Below the pieces are notes generated by a model. The model was not told where the DNA came from. It worked only from the letters and a program-made list of their open reading frames with translations, and did not search any database. Below, in pieces: positions 37,196 to 50,379 of a stretch of 64,000 nucleotides of DNA (position 1 is its first letter; each line of letters opens with the position of its first letter). Source of the DNA: Malacoraja senta (taxonomy: Eukaryota). The DNA lies in NCBI GenBank assembly GCA_038087875.1, contig CM075979.1:17174001-17238000 (forward strand), read 5' to 3'. The position numbers and the translations under genes are program-made.

Positions 37196-38696
37196 TCTAT
37201 ATTACTAAAAGTCTGATCTTGAACACTTCCTGTTGTTCTGTATATTGATTTTAGAAAAAACGCTGCCACTTACGGCTGTGATTTTTGGCCATCTTACTCA
37301 AGAGTCCCCCTCCGCTGCGCAGGACAAGAGGATTTTTCCTATCGATGAAAAATAAGAGTTATTAGTGTTTTAAAAATGTTGAGATTCTCTCTCCTGAAGG
37401 CCACGCCCCTTCCGGAGGGACTATAAAACCCAGAAGTGTTGAGTGCCTCAGTCAGTCTCTGCAAGATGGGGGAGCGAGAGGGTCACGTCTCTCAGTCTGA
37501 GCTGTGAATAACACGGAACACATGTCTACTAAACTGTGAGTGGTTTTACTGACCTGTCAGTGCCCTTAATGTAGTTTGAAAATATAGTTTGGAAATGCTA
37601 AAGCTGTGTTGCCTTTGGTTTGGAAATGCTAAAGCTATGTTGCCTTTGGTTTGGAAATGCTAAAGCTGTGTTGCCTTTGGTTTGGAAATGCTAAAGCTGT
37701 GTTGCCTTTGGTTTGGAAATGCTAAAGCTGTGTTGCCTTTGGTTTGGAAATGCTAAAGCTGTGTTGCCTTTGGTTTGGAAATGCTAAAGCTGTGTTGCCT
37801 TTGCTTTGGAAATGCTAAAGCTGTGTTGCCTTTGGTTTGGAAATGCTAAAGCTGTGTTGCCTTTGGTTTGGAAATGCTAAAGCTGTGTTGCCTTTGGTTT
37901 GGAAATGCTAAAGCTGTGTTGCCTTTGGTTTGTTAATGCTAAAGCTGTGTTGCCTTGCCTAATTAAAGTTGCCTTGCCTAATTAAAGTTGCCTTGCCTTC
38001 TATATAATTAAAAGTCTAATCTTCACCCTGTTTGCGTTTTATATTGATTTTAGAAAAAACGCTACCATGTACGGCTGTGATCATTGGCCATCTTACTCGG
38101 AGTCCCCCTCCGCTCATCAGGTGCCGAGGATTTTTCCCATCGATGAAAAATAAAAGACTTATTAGTGTTTAAAAAATGTTGAGATTCTTTCTCCTGTCAA
38201 TCACGCCATGAAGGCCATGCCCCTTCCGATGGGAGGGAGGGAGGGACTATAAAACCCAGAAGTGTGGGCGTGGCTCAGTCTCTGCAAGATGGAGGAGGGA
38301 GAGGTCATGACTCGCTGTCTTTAGTGGCCTTGCACCATGCTTGAAGTGGTAAGAAACTGCACTTGAATTTGGTGGCCTTGCACCCTGCTTGAAATGGAAT
38401 TTCAAGGAATAGCTGTGTCAACTGCCAGCCCACCAGCCGTGAGTGAATGAGCTGCCAGCACAACAGGCTTGAGTGACTGAGCCACCAGCCCATGAATCCA
38501 TTCGGCCCACAATGTCCATACTAGCCCTTTGGAAACCAGTCCCTTCAGCCCACAACACCCATACTAGCGCTCCAGAAAGCCCCCCCCCCCACCCCACTGG
38601 CCACCAATATTGGAATTGGTGGAGAGGTGGAATATTGCGTTGGGGGACCAGCCCTCCCGTGTGATGTTGGGACCCAACGGGTCCCACTTAGTCTAG
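37196..38696 (+). mobile_element. Non-autonomous Helitron with duplicated 5' end
   Basis: Inserted A|TC...CTAG|T; 3' hairpin tgggaccc-aac-gggtccca (38668-38686) 6 bp before CTAG; second 5'-end copy at 37999. Confidence 0.9.
37590..37956. repeat. 31-bp minisatellite, about 12 copies
   Basis: Unit tggaaatgctaaagctgtgttgcctttggtt. Confidence 0.97.
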
Positions 38697-39619
38697 TACC
38701 TAATAAAAATGTAGTTATAAACTACGGACAAATTTAATAAAATCTATGGCGAAGTGCTCAGATGAATTACAGGAAGCATAGAGCTTCTCTTCATTCTGTG
38801 GTTTGAACTGATGAATCCATGGGCATCTGTCAACTTCTTTTCTTGGAAGAACACTTATACAGTGACAACCACAAAAAAAATCTATGTTTGGCGACATACA
38901 ATATGCAGAATGTGAGGTGATCAAAGAAAGTCAGTGTGTGCTCTTTTCAGTCATATCATTACAGAATAGTAAACATTCTATTCCACAAGCTAATTTTGAA
39001 AATGATTAATTCACAGAATATTGTCCAGTACAAACCAGATTTAGAATGTTGTATTTCTTCAATTTTTTTGTAGGCGCATTTGAAATCATTCACAGAAGCA
39101 AGGTCAGTATGATCTATACTAGAGGAGTATATAGTTCTGAAGATACCTTAAGCAAACACAGACTGGATTAGGAACTCCATTTTATGAGGACAGTATACCA
39201 GCCACCAAACCGTACCAATATTGCTTAGGCAAGAAACAAGACGTGTTCATTTTCAGATGAACTGGAGAAACAATACTTGAATCATTGCAAGACATCTTAA
39301 AGAAAAAAGGTAAGCAATTTAATGTATCTTTACTTTAGTCTCTTTTTTAAAATCTTTGAATCTTAAGTAGAAAACGTTTAGACAACTGTCCGTGGCAGCC
39401 CACTGCCCTACTTTCTCTTTCTGCAATTCATTGTTCCACATTCTTCTAAATGTTTTGATCAACCTCTGTAAACCATAAAATATCCAGTGTCACAGATGCT
39501 TCTCATGCTAAAAAAATACCTGTTCCAGCAACCTTTTCCATGAAACAACTCCCTCCAACTTTATGTGTAAGAAGGAACTGCAGATACCGGTTTAAACCGA
39601 TGATAGACACAAAAAGAGT

Positions 39620-40990
39620 CAAGAGTTGTTTTATTGTCATATGTCCCAGATAGAACAATGAAATTCTTACTTGCTGCAGCACAACAGAATATGTAAACAT
39701 TGTACACTGTAAACAATATGATAAAGAGAAGACAAAATTTCAGTGTGCATACTCACAAGTACACCCACACAAAATATATATATATATATATATATATATT
39801 CACACATACTCAAAAAACAAACAATAGTAGTGCAATAATAATAATAATAGTCTATTGTAGTTCAGAGCTTATTTGAAGTTGTAGTGTAATAGCTTGATGC
39901 CTGTAGGTAAGAAGCTGTTCCTGAACCTGGATGTTAGTTTTCAGGCTTATGTACCTTCTTCCCGATGGCAGGGGTGAAATGAGTGTGTGGTAAGGACGGT
40001 GTGGGTCTCTGATGATGCTGGCTGCCTTTTTGAAGCAGCGACTCCGATAAATTCCTTCGATGGTGGGGAGGTCAGATCCAGTGATGGACTGGGCAGTGTT
40101 CACAACTTTTTGCAGTCTTTTCCGCTCTTGGGTGTTCAAATTGCCGAACCAGGCCATGATGCAACCAATCAATATGCTCTCTACTATACATCTGTAGAAG
40201 TTCAAGAGAATCCTCTCAGACATACCAAATCTCCGTAACCTTCTCAGGAAGTAGAGACATTGATGTGCTTTATTTATAATTGCATCAGTGTGCTGGGTCC
40301 AGGAAAGATCTTCGGAAATATGCACGAGCAGGAATTTGAAGTTTTTTACTCCCCCCCCACTGAGATGAGGAAACACTTTTTCACACAGAGAGTTGTGAGT
40401 CTGTGGAATTCTCTGCCTCAGAGGGCAGTGGAGGCCGGTTCTCTGGATACTTTCAAGGGAGAGCTAGATAGGGCTCTTAAAGATAGCGGAGTCAGGAGAT
40501 ATGGGGAGAAGGCAGGAACGGGGTACTGATTGTGGATAATCAGCCAGGATCACATTTAATGGCGGTGCTGGCTTGAAGGGCCGAATGACCCACTCCTGCA
40601 CCTATTGTCTATTGTTAATTGGCTATCGTCATCCTTCCTCTTCCAAAGTCCACAATCAGTTCATTGGTTTTACTGATATTGAGAGCCAAGTGTTATGCTG
40701 GCACCATTTGGTCAATCGGTCGATCTCACTTCTATACTCTGACAACAACGGTGGTGTCATCGGCGAACTTGAAGATGGAGATCGCACTGTGTCCGGCTAC
40801 ACAGTCATGGGTACAGAGTGAGTAGAGCAGGGAGCTGAGCACGCAGCCTTGAGGTGCTCCCGTACTGATTGTTAATGAGGAAGAAGTATTTCTGCCAATT
40901 CAAACAGACTGTGTTCTGTGGATGAGGAAGTCAAGGATCCAATTGCAGAGCGATGCGCAGAAACCCAGTTCCGTGAGCTTGATAACCAGC
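39620..40990 (-). mobile_element. Rex1/Babar LINE 3' remnant with a CR1 tail inserted (about 40361-40615, +)
   Basis: Translation FKFL.VHISEDLSW..HT..IINKAHQCLYFLRRLRR..FYRCIVESIL. Confidence 0.85.
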
Positions 40991-41750
40991 TTTTTTTTAA
41001 ATCAAAAATATTTATTCAAATATTAAAATAATATATACAGTATAGTAAAAAACAAAACAGAACCCACCACCCACATGACAAACGATAAACTATTATACAA
41101 CTATCTTACACTCCTTGTCAAGGATGCATTCAACCCCCCACGGTGCCCAACGGTCCCGGAAATCCCCCAGGGCGCCCGTGGACAGCGCGTAGTCCCTCTC
41201 TATCACCACCCAGGCACGGACGTAACCCCGGAAAAGGGGCAGGCAGCCGGCTCGGGCGGAGCCCTCTTCCACCTGGCGCCGTGACTCGCAGATGGCCAGC
41301 TGGGCCAGGCCCAGGAGCAACCCAACCAGAACAACCTCGGCCCTACCCTCTCCCCTACGCACAGGGTGTCCGAAGATGAGGATGGTGGGTGAGAAGTGCA
41401 GCCAGAAGGCAAGGAGCAGCCTCTTTAGATAATGGAACAGGGCTGAAACCTCACACACTCCATATACACGTGGTACACAGACTCTTCCAGCCCGCAAAAT
41501 GGCAGGTGGCTGGCGAGTCTGTGAACCGCGAGAGAAACAGGTTGCAAGGGACTCCTTAGTACAGTACCCTCCACCCCAGGTCCCCGATGTGGTAACCAGC
41601 TTTTTTTTTAATCAAAAATATTTATTCAAATATTAAAATAATATATACAGTAGACAAAAAACACTATAATACATGACAAATGATAAACTACTATACAACT
41701 ATCTTACACTCCTTGTCAAGGATGCATTCGACCCCCCTGCGGTGCCCAGG
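40991..41750 (-). mobile_element. Two tandem 5'-truncated Tx1-like LINE 3' ends (40991-41592, 41601-41750)
   Basis: Poly(T) starts and near-identical 3' UTRs; C-terminus FRDRWAPWGVECILDKECKIVV; TAACCAGC precedes both. Confidence 0.75.
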
Positions 41751-41754
41751 GAGT

Positions 41755-42620
41755 TGTGGAGAGAACTGCGGAAGGCGGAAAGGGGTGTAGAAGGGAAGAT
41801 GTGGCTACTGGTGGGATCCCGTTGGAGGTGGCGGAAATTTCGGAGGATTGATTATGTGTTGTATGCGACAGCTGATGGGGTGGAACCTGGTTAACTTATC
41901 CCTTCACACCCAAACCACTCCCTACCCAGGTACCTTCCCCTGCAACCGCAGAAGATGCAACTGTCGCTATACCTCCTCCCTTGACTCTGTACAGGGACCC
42001 CTACAGTCCTTTCAGGTTCGGCAGAGGTTCACTTGCACCTCCTCCAACTTCATCTACAGTATCCGTTATTCAAGATGTGGGCTCTTATACATCAGCGAGA
42101 CCAAACACAGACTGGGCGATCGTTTTGCGGAACACCTTCACTCAGTCTGCCTGAACCAACCTGAGCTCCCAGTTGCTGAACACTTTAATTCTCCTTCCCA
42201 TTCCTACACAGACCTTTCTGTCCTCGGTCTCCTCCATTGTCAGAGTAGGGTTAAACGCAAATTGGAGGAACAGCATCTCATATTCCACTTTGGCAGCTTA
42301 CAGCCCAGTGGTATAAATATTGATTTCTCTCACTTCAGGTAGCCCCGGCATTCCCTCTCTTTCTATCCCTCCCCCACCCAAGTCACACTAGCTTCCCATT
42401 TTCATCCTTCAAACAGCTCACAATGGCCTGTTTCCATTATCATCGTTACTTTTTTGCATATCTTTCATTCGTTGTTCTTTATCTCTCCACATTACAGTCT
42501 ATATCTCATGTTTACCTTATCCCTAACCAGTCTGAAAAAGGGATTCAACACGAAACATAACCCATTCCTTCTCTCCAGAGATGCTGCCTATCCCGCTGAG
42601 TTACTCCAGCTGTTTGTGTC
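41755..42620 (+). mobile_element. Penelope-like element (GIY-YIG endonuclease region and terminal repeat)
   Basis: ORF 41848-42342 contains GTFPCNRRRC, IYSIRYSRCGLLYISETKHRLGDRFAEH and LEEQHLIF. Confidence 0.88.
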
Positions 42621-43194
42621 TATCTTCCCTCCAACTTTATCCTCAGTGTCTCCAAACAATTTAAAATTAATTACTCCCCTCACTGACTTGTCAGTCTGTG
42701 GGCCTACAGCCCAACTGTGCTTTGTAAAAACACAATAGGGTCAATACATCTGACAGCACACACAGGATGTAACATCACTGCCCTCTTAGCACAAGCCTAA
42801 TCTAGGGTTGAATCCTATAGCTGAAAATCCAACACTAAACATTTGATTAGACCATTAAAGAAAAATCAATCTTGCTTCAACGCCTTTGGACTGCCCCAGA
42901 TAATCCATTGAATCTCATAAAATCTCCAGTGATGAGGAGCCCTTCTGCTGGCTTCTGCAAACATCTCTCCTCTATGTGGAAATGATCGCAGTGAAAGGAA
43001 ATTGCACACGTAGTACTGCCTCCCACCTCACTGATTATGGTTGTAGCCTCACAGGGTTGTTGCAGTGGATGACTTTCACTTCCCCAATATTGATTGGGAC
43101 TTACTCAGGGCAAGAGGATTCGATGGGGCAGAATTTGTCAGGTGTACTCAAGAAGGTTGACTTAAACATTCCGACTCAAGGAGGGTTCATACTG

Positions 43195-44590
43195 GACCCT
43201 GGTATTGAGAACTGAGCCTGGCCAGGTGACTGGCGATGCAATGGAAGAATTGGAAGATAGTAATCCCAACTCCAAGTTTTAAGATTGTTTTGAATAGGGA
43301 TGTCTGGATGTTGGAGAAAATTATTCGAGAAAGGATTTACTCCCCTTTGGAAGAGAATGGGCTAATTATAGATAGCCAGCATGCTTTGCACATGGCAAGT
43401 GGTGTCTCACTAACGATTGAGTTTTTTTGAGATGACGAAGGAGTTTGGTGAAGGTAGGACGATGCATGTTGTATACATGGATTTTAGCATGGTTTTTGAT
43501 AATCCCTCATGGTAGGCTGATCCAGAATTAAGATTTGGAGGATTCATGATGACTTAAGTCATATGGATTCAGAAATGACATTCATAGAAGACAGAGGGTT
43601 GCGGTGGAAGGTAGATATTCTGGCTGGAGGTCTTGACCAGTGGAGTTCCATAGTGCTGTTTGTCATAAATGATATAGACATAAATGTAGATGAGTCGGTG
43701 AGTAAGTTTGCTGATGACACCAAAATTGGAGGAGTTACACACATTGAGAAATTCTGTCAGAATATTCAGCAGGATCTAGATAAGCTGCAGAAATGGGCGT
43801 ATAAATGGCAGATGGAGTTTAACTCGAGCAAGTGTGAAGTGTTGTACTTTGGGAGGTTGAATGTAAGGAGAGTATGCAATTAATGGCAAGACCTTTAACA
43901 ACATTGATGCACAGTGGGATCTTGGGAGCAAGTTCGTAGCTCACTAAAGGTGGCAGCACAGGTGGATGGGGTGGTAGAAATGGTGTAAGCTATGCTTGCC
44001 TTCATTGCTAAGGGCATTGAATATGAGTCAGGAAGTCATGATGCACCTTTACAGAACTTAGGTTAGGATGCACGGAGTATAGTGTGCAGTTCTGGTAGCC
44101 CCATTACACAAAAGATGTGGAGGCTTTGGAGAGGGTGCAGAGGTTTACCAGAATACTGCCTGGATTAGAGGGTTTCGGGGACACCTTGGATAGAATTGGA
44201 TTTTTTTCTCTGGAACGTTGGAGGTTGAGGGGAGATTTGATGGAAGTAAAATTATGAGAGGGATAGATAGGAGAAACAGTCAGAAACTTTTTCCCCAGGA
44301 TGGAAATCGCCAATACTATGGGCATAGAAGCCACTGAGAGGGGGAAAGTTTAATGGTGATTTTTTTTAAAGTTTTTTTTTTACACAGAGAATAGTGAGGG
44401 CCTAGAATGCTTTGCCAGAGGTGGTTGTGGAGGCAGATACGATAGTAGCGTTTAAGAGGCTTTTAGATAGGCACATAGAAGTGCAGGGAATAGAAGGAAA
44501 TGGCAGGTAATGTAGAGGCAGTTGACATCAGTTGAACTAGGCATCATATTCGGCACAAATATTGTGGGCCAAAGTGCCCTTTCCTGTGCT
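43195..44590 (+). mobile_element. Degenerate CR1 LINE 3' half
   Basis: SKFADDTKIGG..QQDLDKLQKWAYKWQMEFNSSKCEV followed by CR1 3' UTR. Confidence 0.85.
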
Positions 44591-44759
44591 GTACTGTTTT
44601 ATGTGACATTTGGCCGGCTTCTCCTCTGTCATGCTAGTTTACTGTTTTTATTAACATACAGGATTCTCTGAAAAACATGACAAGATGCAACGTAGGGTGA
44701 AGATCTTACAGGTATGCTGTCCTATTTTCCATCACTAAACAGAAACCAACAAATCCACC

Positions 44760-45520
44760 AGGGGGCACTGCACAGTGGCAGCCTCACCAACAGTCTAGTC
44801 TGTCTGTCTTTTTTTTGTGTGTTTTTAAAGTTTGTGTTAATGTTCTCTGGTTTGTTTTATGTGGGGGGTGGGGTCGGAGGAAACTTTTTTTTCAATCTCT
44901 TACCTTGCCGAAGATGCGATTGTTTTCCGGATCGTATCTCCGGTCGCTCTGCGGTCTAACATCATGGAGCTGGAGGCCTTGCTCGGGACTGACTTTGAGC
45001 CCCACCACGGTACCGTGGACTTACCATCGGAGCCAATCCCTTCCCTGGGATCGACGCTCCAACCGCGGCATGCGGATTTCACCATCGAGGAGCTCGCAGT
45101 CTCGGGTAGAGACGGATGTCGGGAAGCTCCATATGACGCAGAAGGTTCGACCAGCCCCGACCCAGGGTCAGATCGCCCGGCGCGGGTGTGCTGACATCCC
45201 CCCCCCCCCCCCCCCGATGCGGGAGCTTGATCGCCCCGAACTCGGAGGGCCTGAACACCGTTGGCTACGGGTGCCAAGATCGTCCCGTCAATGGAAGACT
45301 CGAGGCCCCTGACCACGGAAGAACAAAGAAGGGAAGATATTGAACTTTTTTTCACCTTCCATCACAGTAAGGAATGTGGAGGAGTAACTGTGGTGGATGT
45401 TTATGTTAAAATGTATTTTGTGTGTTTTGTTGCTTTTTAATGGTATGAAAGTATGGCAAATCACATTCCTCGTATGTTGCAAAACATACTTGGCTAATAA
45501 AGTATGATTATGATTATTTT
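44760..45520 (+). mobile_element. Non-autonomous GC-rich retroposon (same family as 9265, 13902, 26777)
   Basis: 5' agggggcactgc...gcagcctc; 3' ccttccatcacagt...gtggatgtttatgtt and (atgatt)n tail. Confidence 0.7.
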
Positions 45521-47498
45521 TACCTTTTCCTTATAATAGAATTATAGGAATCCAGGAGGAGGGGTGGTAGAGGTGGATGACAGGGTGAATGGTGTATAGT
45601 CGATTTCCCTACAGAGTGAATCTAGAGTTAGAGAGTACGGCTCATAATTCTCAGGATAATGGGAAACCTGTTTAGGATTAAAATGAGACAGAATTTCAAC
45701 AGCTTAAAGTCTTTGCAATTCTTTAGCTCAGAGAACTGTGAACACTGAGTTATTAAGTACATTCACAGTTTGAGATGGATGTATTATTAACCACGGGAAA
45801 TGAAACAGGAAGGTGGAGTTGTGGCTGACAAGCAGATAAGCCATAATCTTATGGAATGGCAGAGAATGAGGGCTCATGCTGCTCATGGCTCATGCAGCCT
45901 CCTCCATAGCTATTTATATTTTCTAATCCAAATGCTTAATAATTTTATAAGAATCCACATTACATCTCAATGCTTTATTTCATGCAAATACTAATTTAGG
46001 ATTGGTCGAGAAAGAATTATATATTTTAAATATTCCATTATAATTAACCACAGTGCACCTATTAACTGATAGACTCACAATACTACAAAAGCTTTGAACA
46101 ATGGTGGGTTGCAGAACAATGATCCAAACAGTGAAAACGGACCAAGGCCTCAGTAAAAGTGTTTTACAAAGTCAATCACACATCATTCCTTCTTCAAAAT
46201 TTCACCTGTTCCTACCTGAACAAATTAAAACTGGGTGCCCTTATAGATCTATAATACCAATCAAGAGGAAAAGATTTATGCTAAGCATAGTAAAAATGAT
46301 TACTGCACATTTTTTTCATTTAAAACATGACCTCAATGTTAAGGATTATGACAGCAAAATCACAGTATTTTACATCATTATTTTGCTTAACTGAGAGGAA
46401 TGTCAGGACTGACAAAAATCATGTGAAAAAGTGGAAATCCAAAGGTGCCATCAGCAATTCGCTTCTGGACCATTGGCTGTGTTCCATTATGATTCATCAT
46501 GAAGTTCAATATAACAAACTGTGTTAAAGACATTCAAGATGTTTTTAAAAGATCAAAGCCCTGGCTAAGGTTGGGGGTGAGACATATAAGCTGGTTTTGT
46601 TTAAGGAATTACTGAGGCAGAACTTGATTAGGTCAGCCCAAGTGATGTTTATGACACAGAAAACTCTTCAACAATTAGGCCTTGAATGTAGACTATCCCC
46701 CCAATAATTTCCTCGGGTCAATTCTGGGAGAATCACCCACAATAAATTTGTTACTTGGAATACTGAAATCAGTAGCATACTAGCAGTGTTTGCTGTAAAC
46801 ATAATTGGAAATATTTTGCAAAAATCATTTTAAATTGGCATATTCATCTGTGCCACAATCAAGAAACTGGTCCCCAATTTATTCCCAACTGTACAATCTA
46901 CCTTCCAATTCAAATAATTCTTAATTAAATTGCATAATCAGAAATCCCAGCACAAGTATGCAGCATTTTTTTTCCAGAAAATGTATTCCCTGATCTTTTC
47001 AGCAGTGGTAACACGGAGCAGAATTCTGCTCAAATCTGCTTTATTACCAAATATAAGCATTATTTAATAAGGCATTTCTCTAAAACTAAAATAAGCTTTA
47101 AAATATGTTTTCTCTTGATAGAGACTGATAAACCAGAACAATCCTTGACGGGGTCAAGACTATTGTTGTGGGTGATACCTAAAGTGGGCAGATTTAAGCT
47201 TAAACCAGTATAAACATTTATGGCTGTTATTCCCATTTAAAGTTCATCAATTGTTCCGTGCTGATTTAACAAATTCTTCAGATTGTGCTGATGTTATGGG
47301 TCCAAACATATAGAACATCAATGCCCATTGTTTAATTCAGAATAAGATTTAACATTAAGAGAGTTAAAAAAGGAATTTATTTTGCAGAATAAACATGCAG
47401 GAGATAACATGTTATTATTTATATAGTTATTATATACAATATATTAGTTATATAGTAATGTACACCTAAACATTTATTATCTTGCATATTTGAAACAC

Positions 47499-47689
47499 AC
47501 CACATCATTGATGCATCTGCTGTGCACCGGCATTTGGTCTCATCAAGGAAGTGCTTGGTATCATCTGCACCAGCTGTAAACGCTCTCAGAAATATCCTAC
47601 ATTGCCTGTGTACTACATATTTACCAAGTGTTCTGCGACTTCAGCAAGCATTTCCAGTCTCTTCAACTTCTTGCACTTTACAGGTAATT
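47499..47689 (+). promoter_or_regulatory. Candidate RAG2 upstream promoter/enhancer or non-coding exon
   Basis: ACCACA, CATCTG x2, CATTTG, CAGCTG and AGGAAGTG within 78 bp; CAG|GTAATT donor-like site at 47683. Motif-level support only. Confidence 0.35.
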
Positions 47690-50379
47690 TTGTTTTGGTA
47701 TTATGCTCAAATTATAGGCAGTAGAACTATTGTGACAACAACTATCGTCACAGTAGTTGATCTAACTAACAGCTGTCTTGTATGGACAATAGGTTTATAT
47801 TACAACCATTTAAAGTTTAGAACAGGTGTCAAGTGATACCCAGCGTAATAAAACAGAGCCAAACTTGTAGTCAACTTACTACAATTGTTTTAACAAGTAT
47901 TAATTACGTTTATCCAGTGGTTATAAGGTTAATTGACAGTGCTAACATTATATTACATCTGCTAAGCAATAAACTGAAAAGAAAATTAGACCATTCTAAT
48001 AATTATCATAATAATTGTGGTGAAAATGTAATTTCCTTCTGTAGGCAATGGTAGCTGAGAATCGTAATATAACTATGTCTAAGGACAATGGAAGTCTATA
48101 TGTTAAAACACAACAGATTATACTGTAATAACCAATTCAGACCAATTGTAGTTTTATTGAAAGAATGCAAAATTGGAAAAGATGCTAAAAGGAAATTCTG
48201 TAATTCCTAATTATCATGTTATTGATAAGAAGCAAAGTTATCTTGAAATACATCTGGTAAAGAAGAAACAGAGAAAAGATGAAAAGAATAAATTGCATTT
48301 GTGCAAGGCTTTTCACATTCCTGTTATGGTCCAGAAGTTATTTACACCTAGAGATCTGGAGTACTTCTTGGACAATGTAGTAATTGTTCATTGAAACACA
48401 GAAATTAACAGATCAACTCAATGTGTGCAGGTCAGCCAAAAAAGAGATAATTAATTTAATCTAATTTTCCAATTTAATCTGTAATCTTGCGAATTGATGC
48501 GCTTTGTGTGCTCCACCAGCAATGCACGCAATGTTTTAAAATGCGTTTATGTTTTTGTCACCACAATTCTTTGGATGGAAAATCTTTCCTCAGTTCATTT
48601 CTAATCCTTTGCCCAATTACCTGACCAGTCCACTAACAAAAATTAACCTTCCTTTTCACCCTGGCCTCTTGTCATCTTGTCCATCTCAAATATACAAAGA
48701 ATTGTCAAATATGAAGGGTGATGGACAACCTGTTCATTATTTCAAATCTACATGAAAGCAAAATGGGGCAAGAATTGGTAGATAGTTCCCAAAACTAACA
48801 TGGCTTGTATCACTAGTTATCAAAGACTAAATAGCAGTTGGTTTTCTGTAAAATAAAACAGAGATGCTGATTTTTTAAATGAAAAGTAACCAAATTATTT
48901 GTAAGTAAAAGCCAAATTAATTACTGTATTAATTTAATTTAAGTATTGCTAAGCATAAATAATGTTAAGATTAAATGTCAAATTATCTTTTAACATCAAA
49001 GTAAGAACTAAATTTTAAATGGATAAAATTGATAATAAATTTGCCTCATTTATCATTAACCATAAAAATGACAAAATCAATTTCAATATTTCTGATTATG
49101 TGGATTCCTACTATGTTCAAGTTTTGATGTTAAACAAGATAGACACAATTAAGACCGAAACCCCCATCCAAAGCCACAGGACAAAATGCCAAAGTTTGAA
49201 ATTTAAATAAAAACATCTTATCATTATAGCTGCAATGATTTTAGCTTCTATCCCTCTAAACCTTTTCTATCCAGATACCCATCCAAATTATTTTAATCAT
49301 TGTAATTGCATCTGCTTCGAAAGCTTGCTCTGGCAGCTCATACCATATACCTGTACTTACCATCCTCTGTGTGGAGAAAGTTGCCCTCAGGTCCTTTTAA
49401 AATCTTTTATTTCTCTCTTTATCACTGCCCTCTAACTTTAGACTCCCCTACCATCCACCTTATCTATGCCCCTCATGATTTTATAAACCTCAATAAAGTA
49501 ATTCCCTCAGCCTCCTAGGCTCCATGGAAAAGATCCATACCCTCCTTATAACTCAAGTTTCAGTAACATCGTTGTGAATATATTTTGCACCCTTTCCAGC
49601 TTAATTACATTGTTCCTGCAGTAGCCATTTATAGTTGGACGAACAGAACTGTGCGTAATACGCCAAGTGCAGTCTCACCAATGGCTTCTATAGTTGCAAC
49701 TCCTGTACTCTCTCAATATGCAAAGGCAAATGTGCCAAATACTTTCTTCACCATCCTGTCTACCTGTGTCACCACTTTCAGGGATTATGTACCAGTACTT
49801 CTAGGTGTCACGCTTCTCCAATGCCCTCCCATTTACTGTGCAAAGAATTTAGATTCATACTACAGGAAATCACTTTTTCAGACATATTGCCTTATACACC
49901 ATGCTTACAAATTGAAGTTGTAATATAAAGATTTAGTGCACGTTGTCAGCACGTTTCCTGAGAAAAATACCAGGTTTTAATCACCGTCCAATTGCCAGGA
50001 GCATCCCTGACATACATATTCATAAGGATATAAATTAACAAATTAAATAACACTCAACATTCTCTCTAACATTATGGTGTACAATCAAGCTATCCACAGT
50101 GTACAGATAAATGATGATGGGTACAAGATAAGGATTGTAGGGAAATATGGATGTACATATTTGGACCAAAAGAGTACAGGGAAATAATTAGAGAATATAT
50201 AGAGAATTATTTCAAAACAATGAAAACATAATCTGGCAGATCGGTTTCTTGGGATTGTAAAACTTTGACTGCACGGTGTTGCACAAAATATCATTGAATC
50301 ATTGAGAGTGGCCAGTTGAAGCCCATAGAAATTCACAGTTTCTGCGTACAAAGATGTAAGATGTCGTGCGTTTTGTGTA

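Noticed and set aside
37590-37956. CRISPR-like array
   Set aside because: Contiguous 31-bp units with no spacers, in a vertebrate genome.
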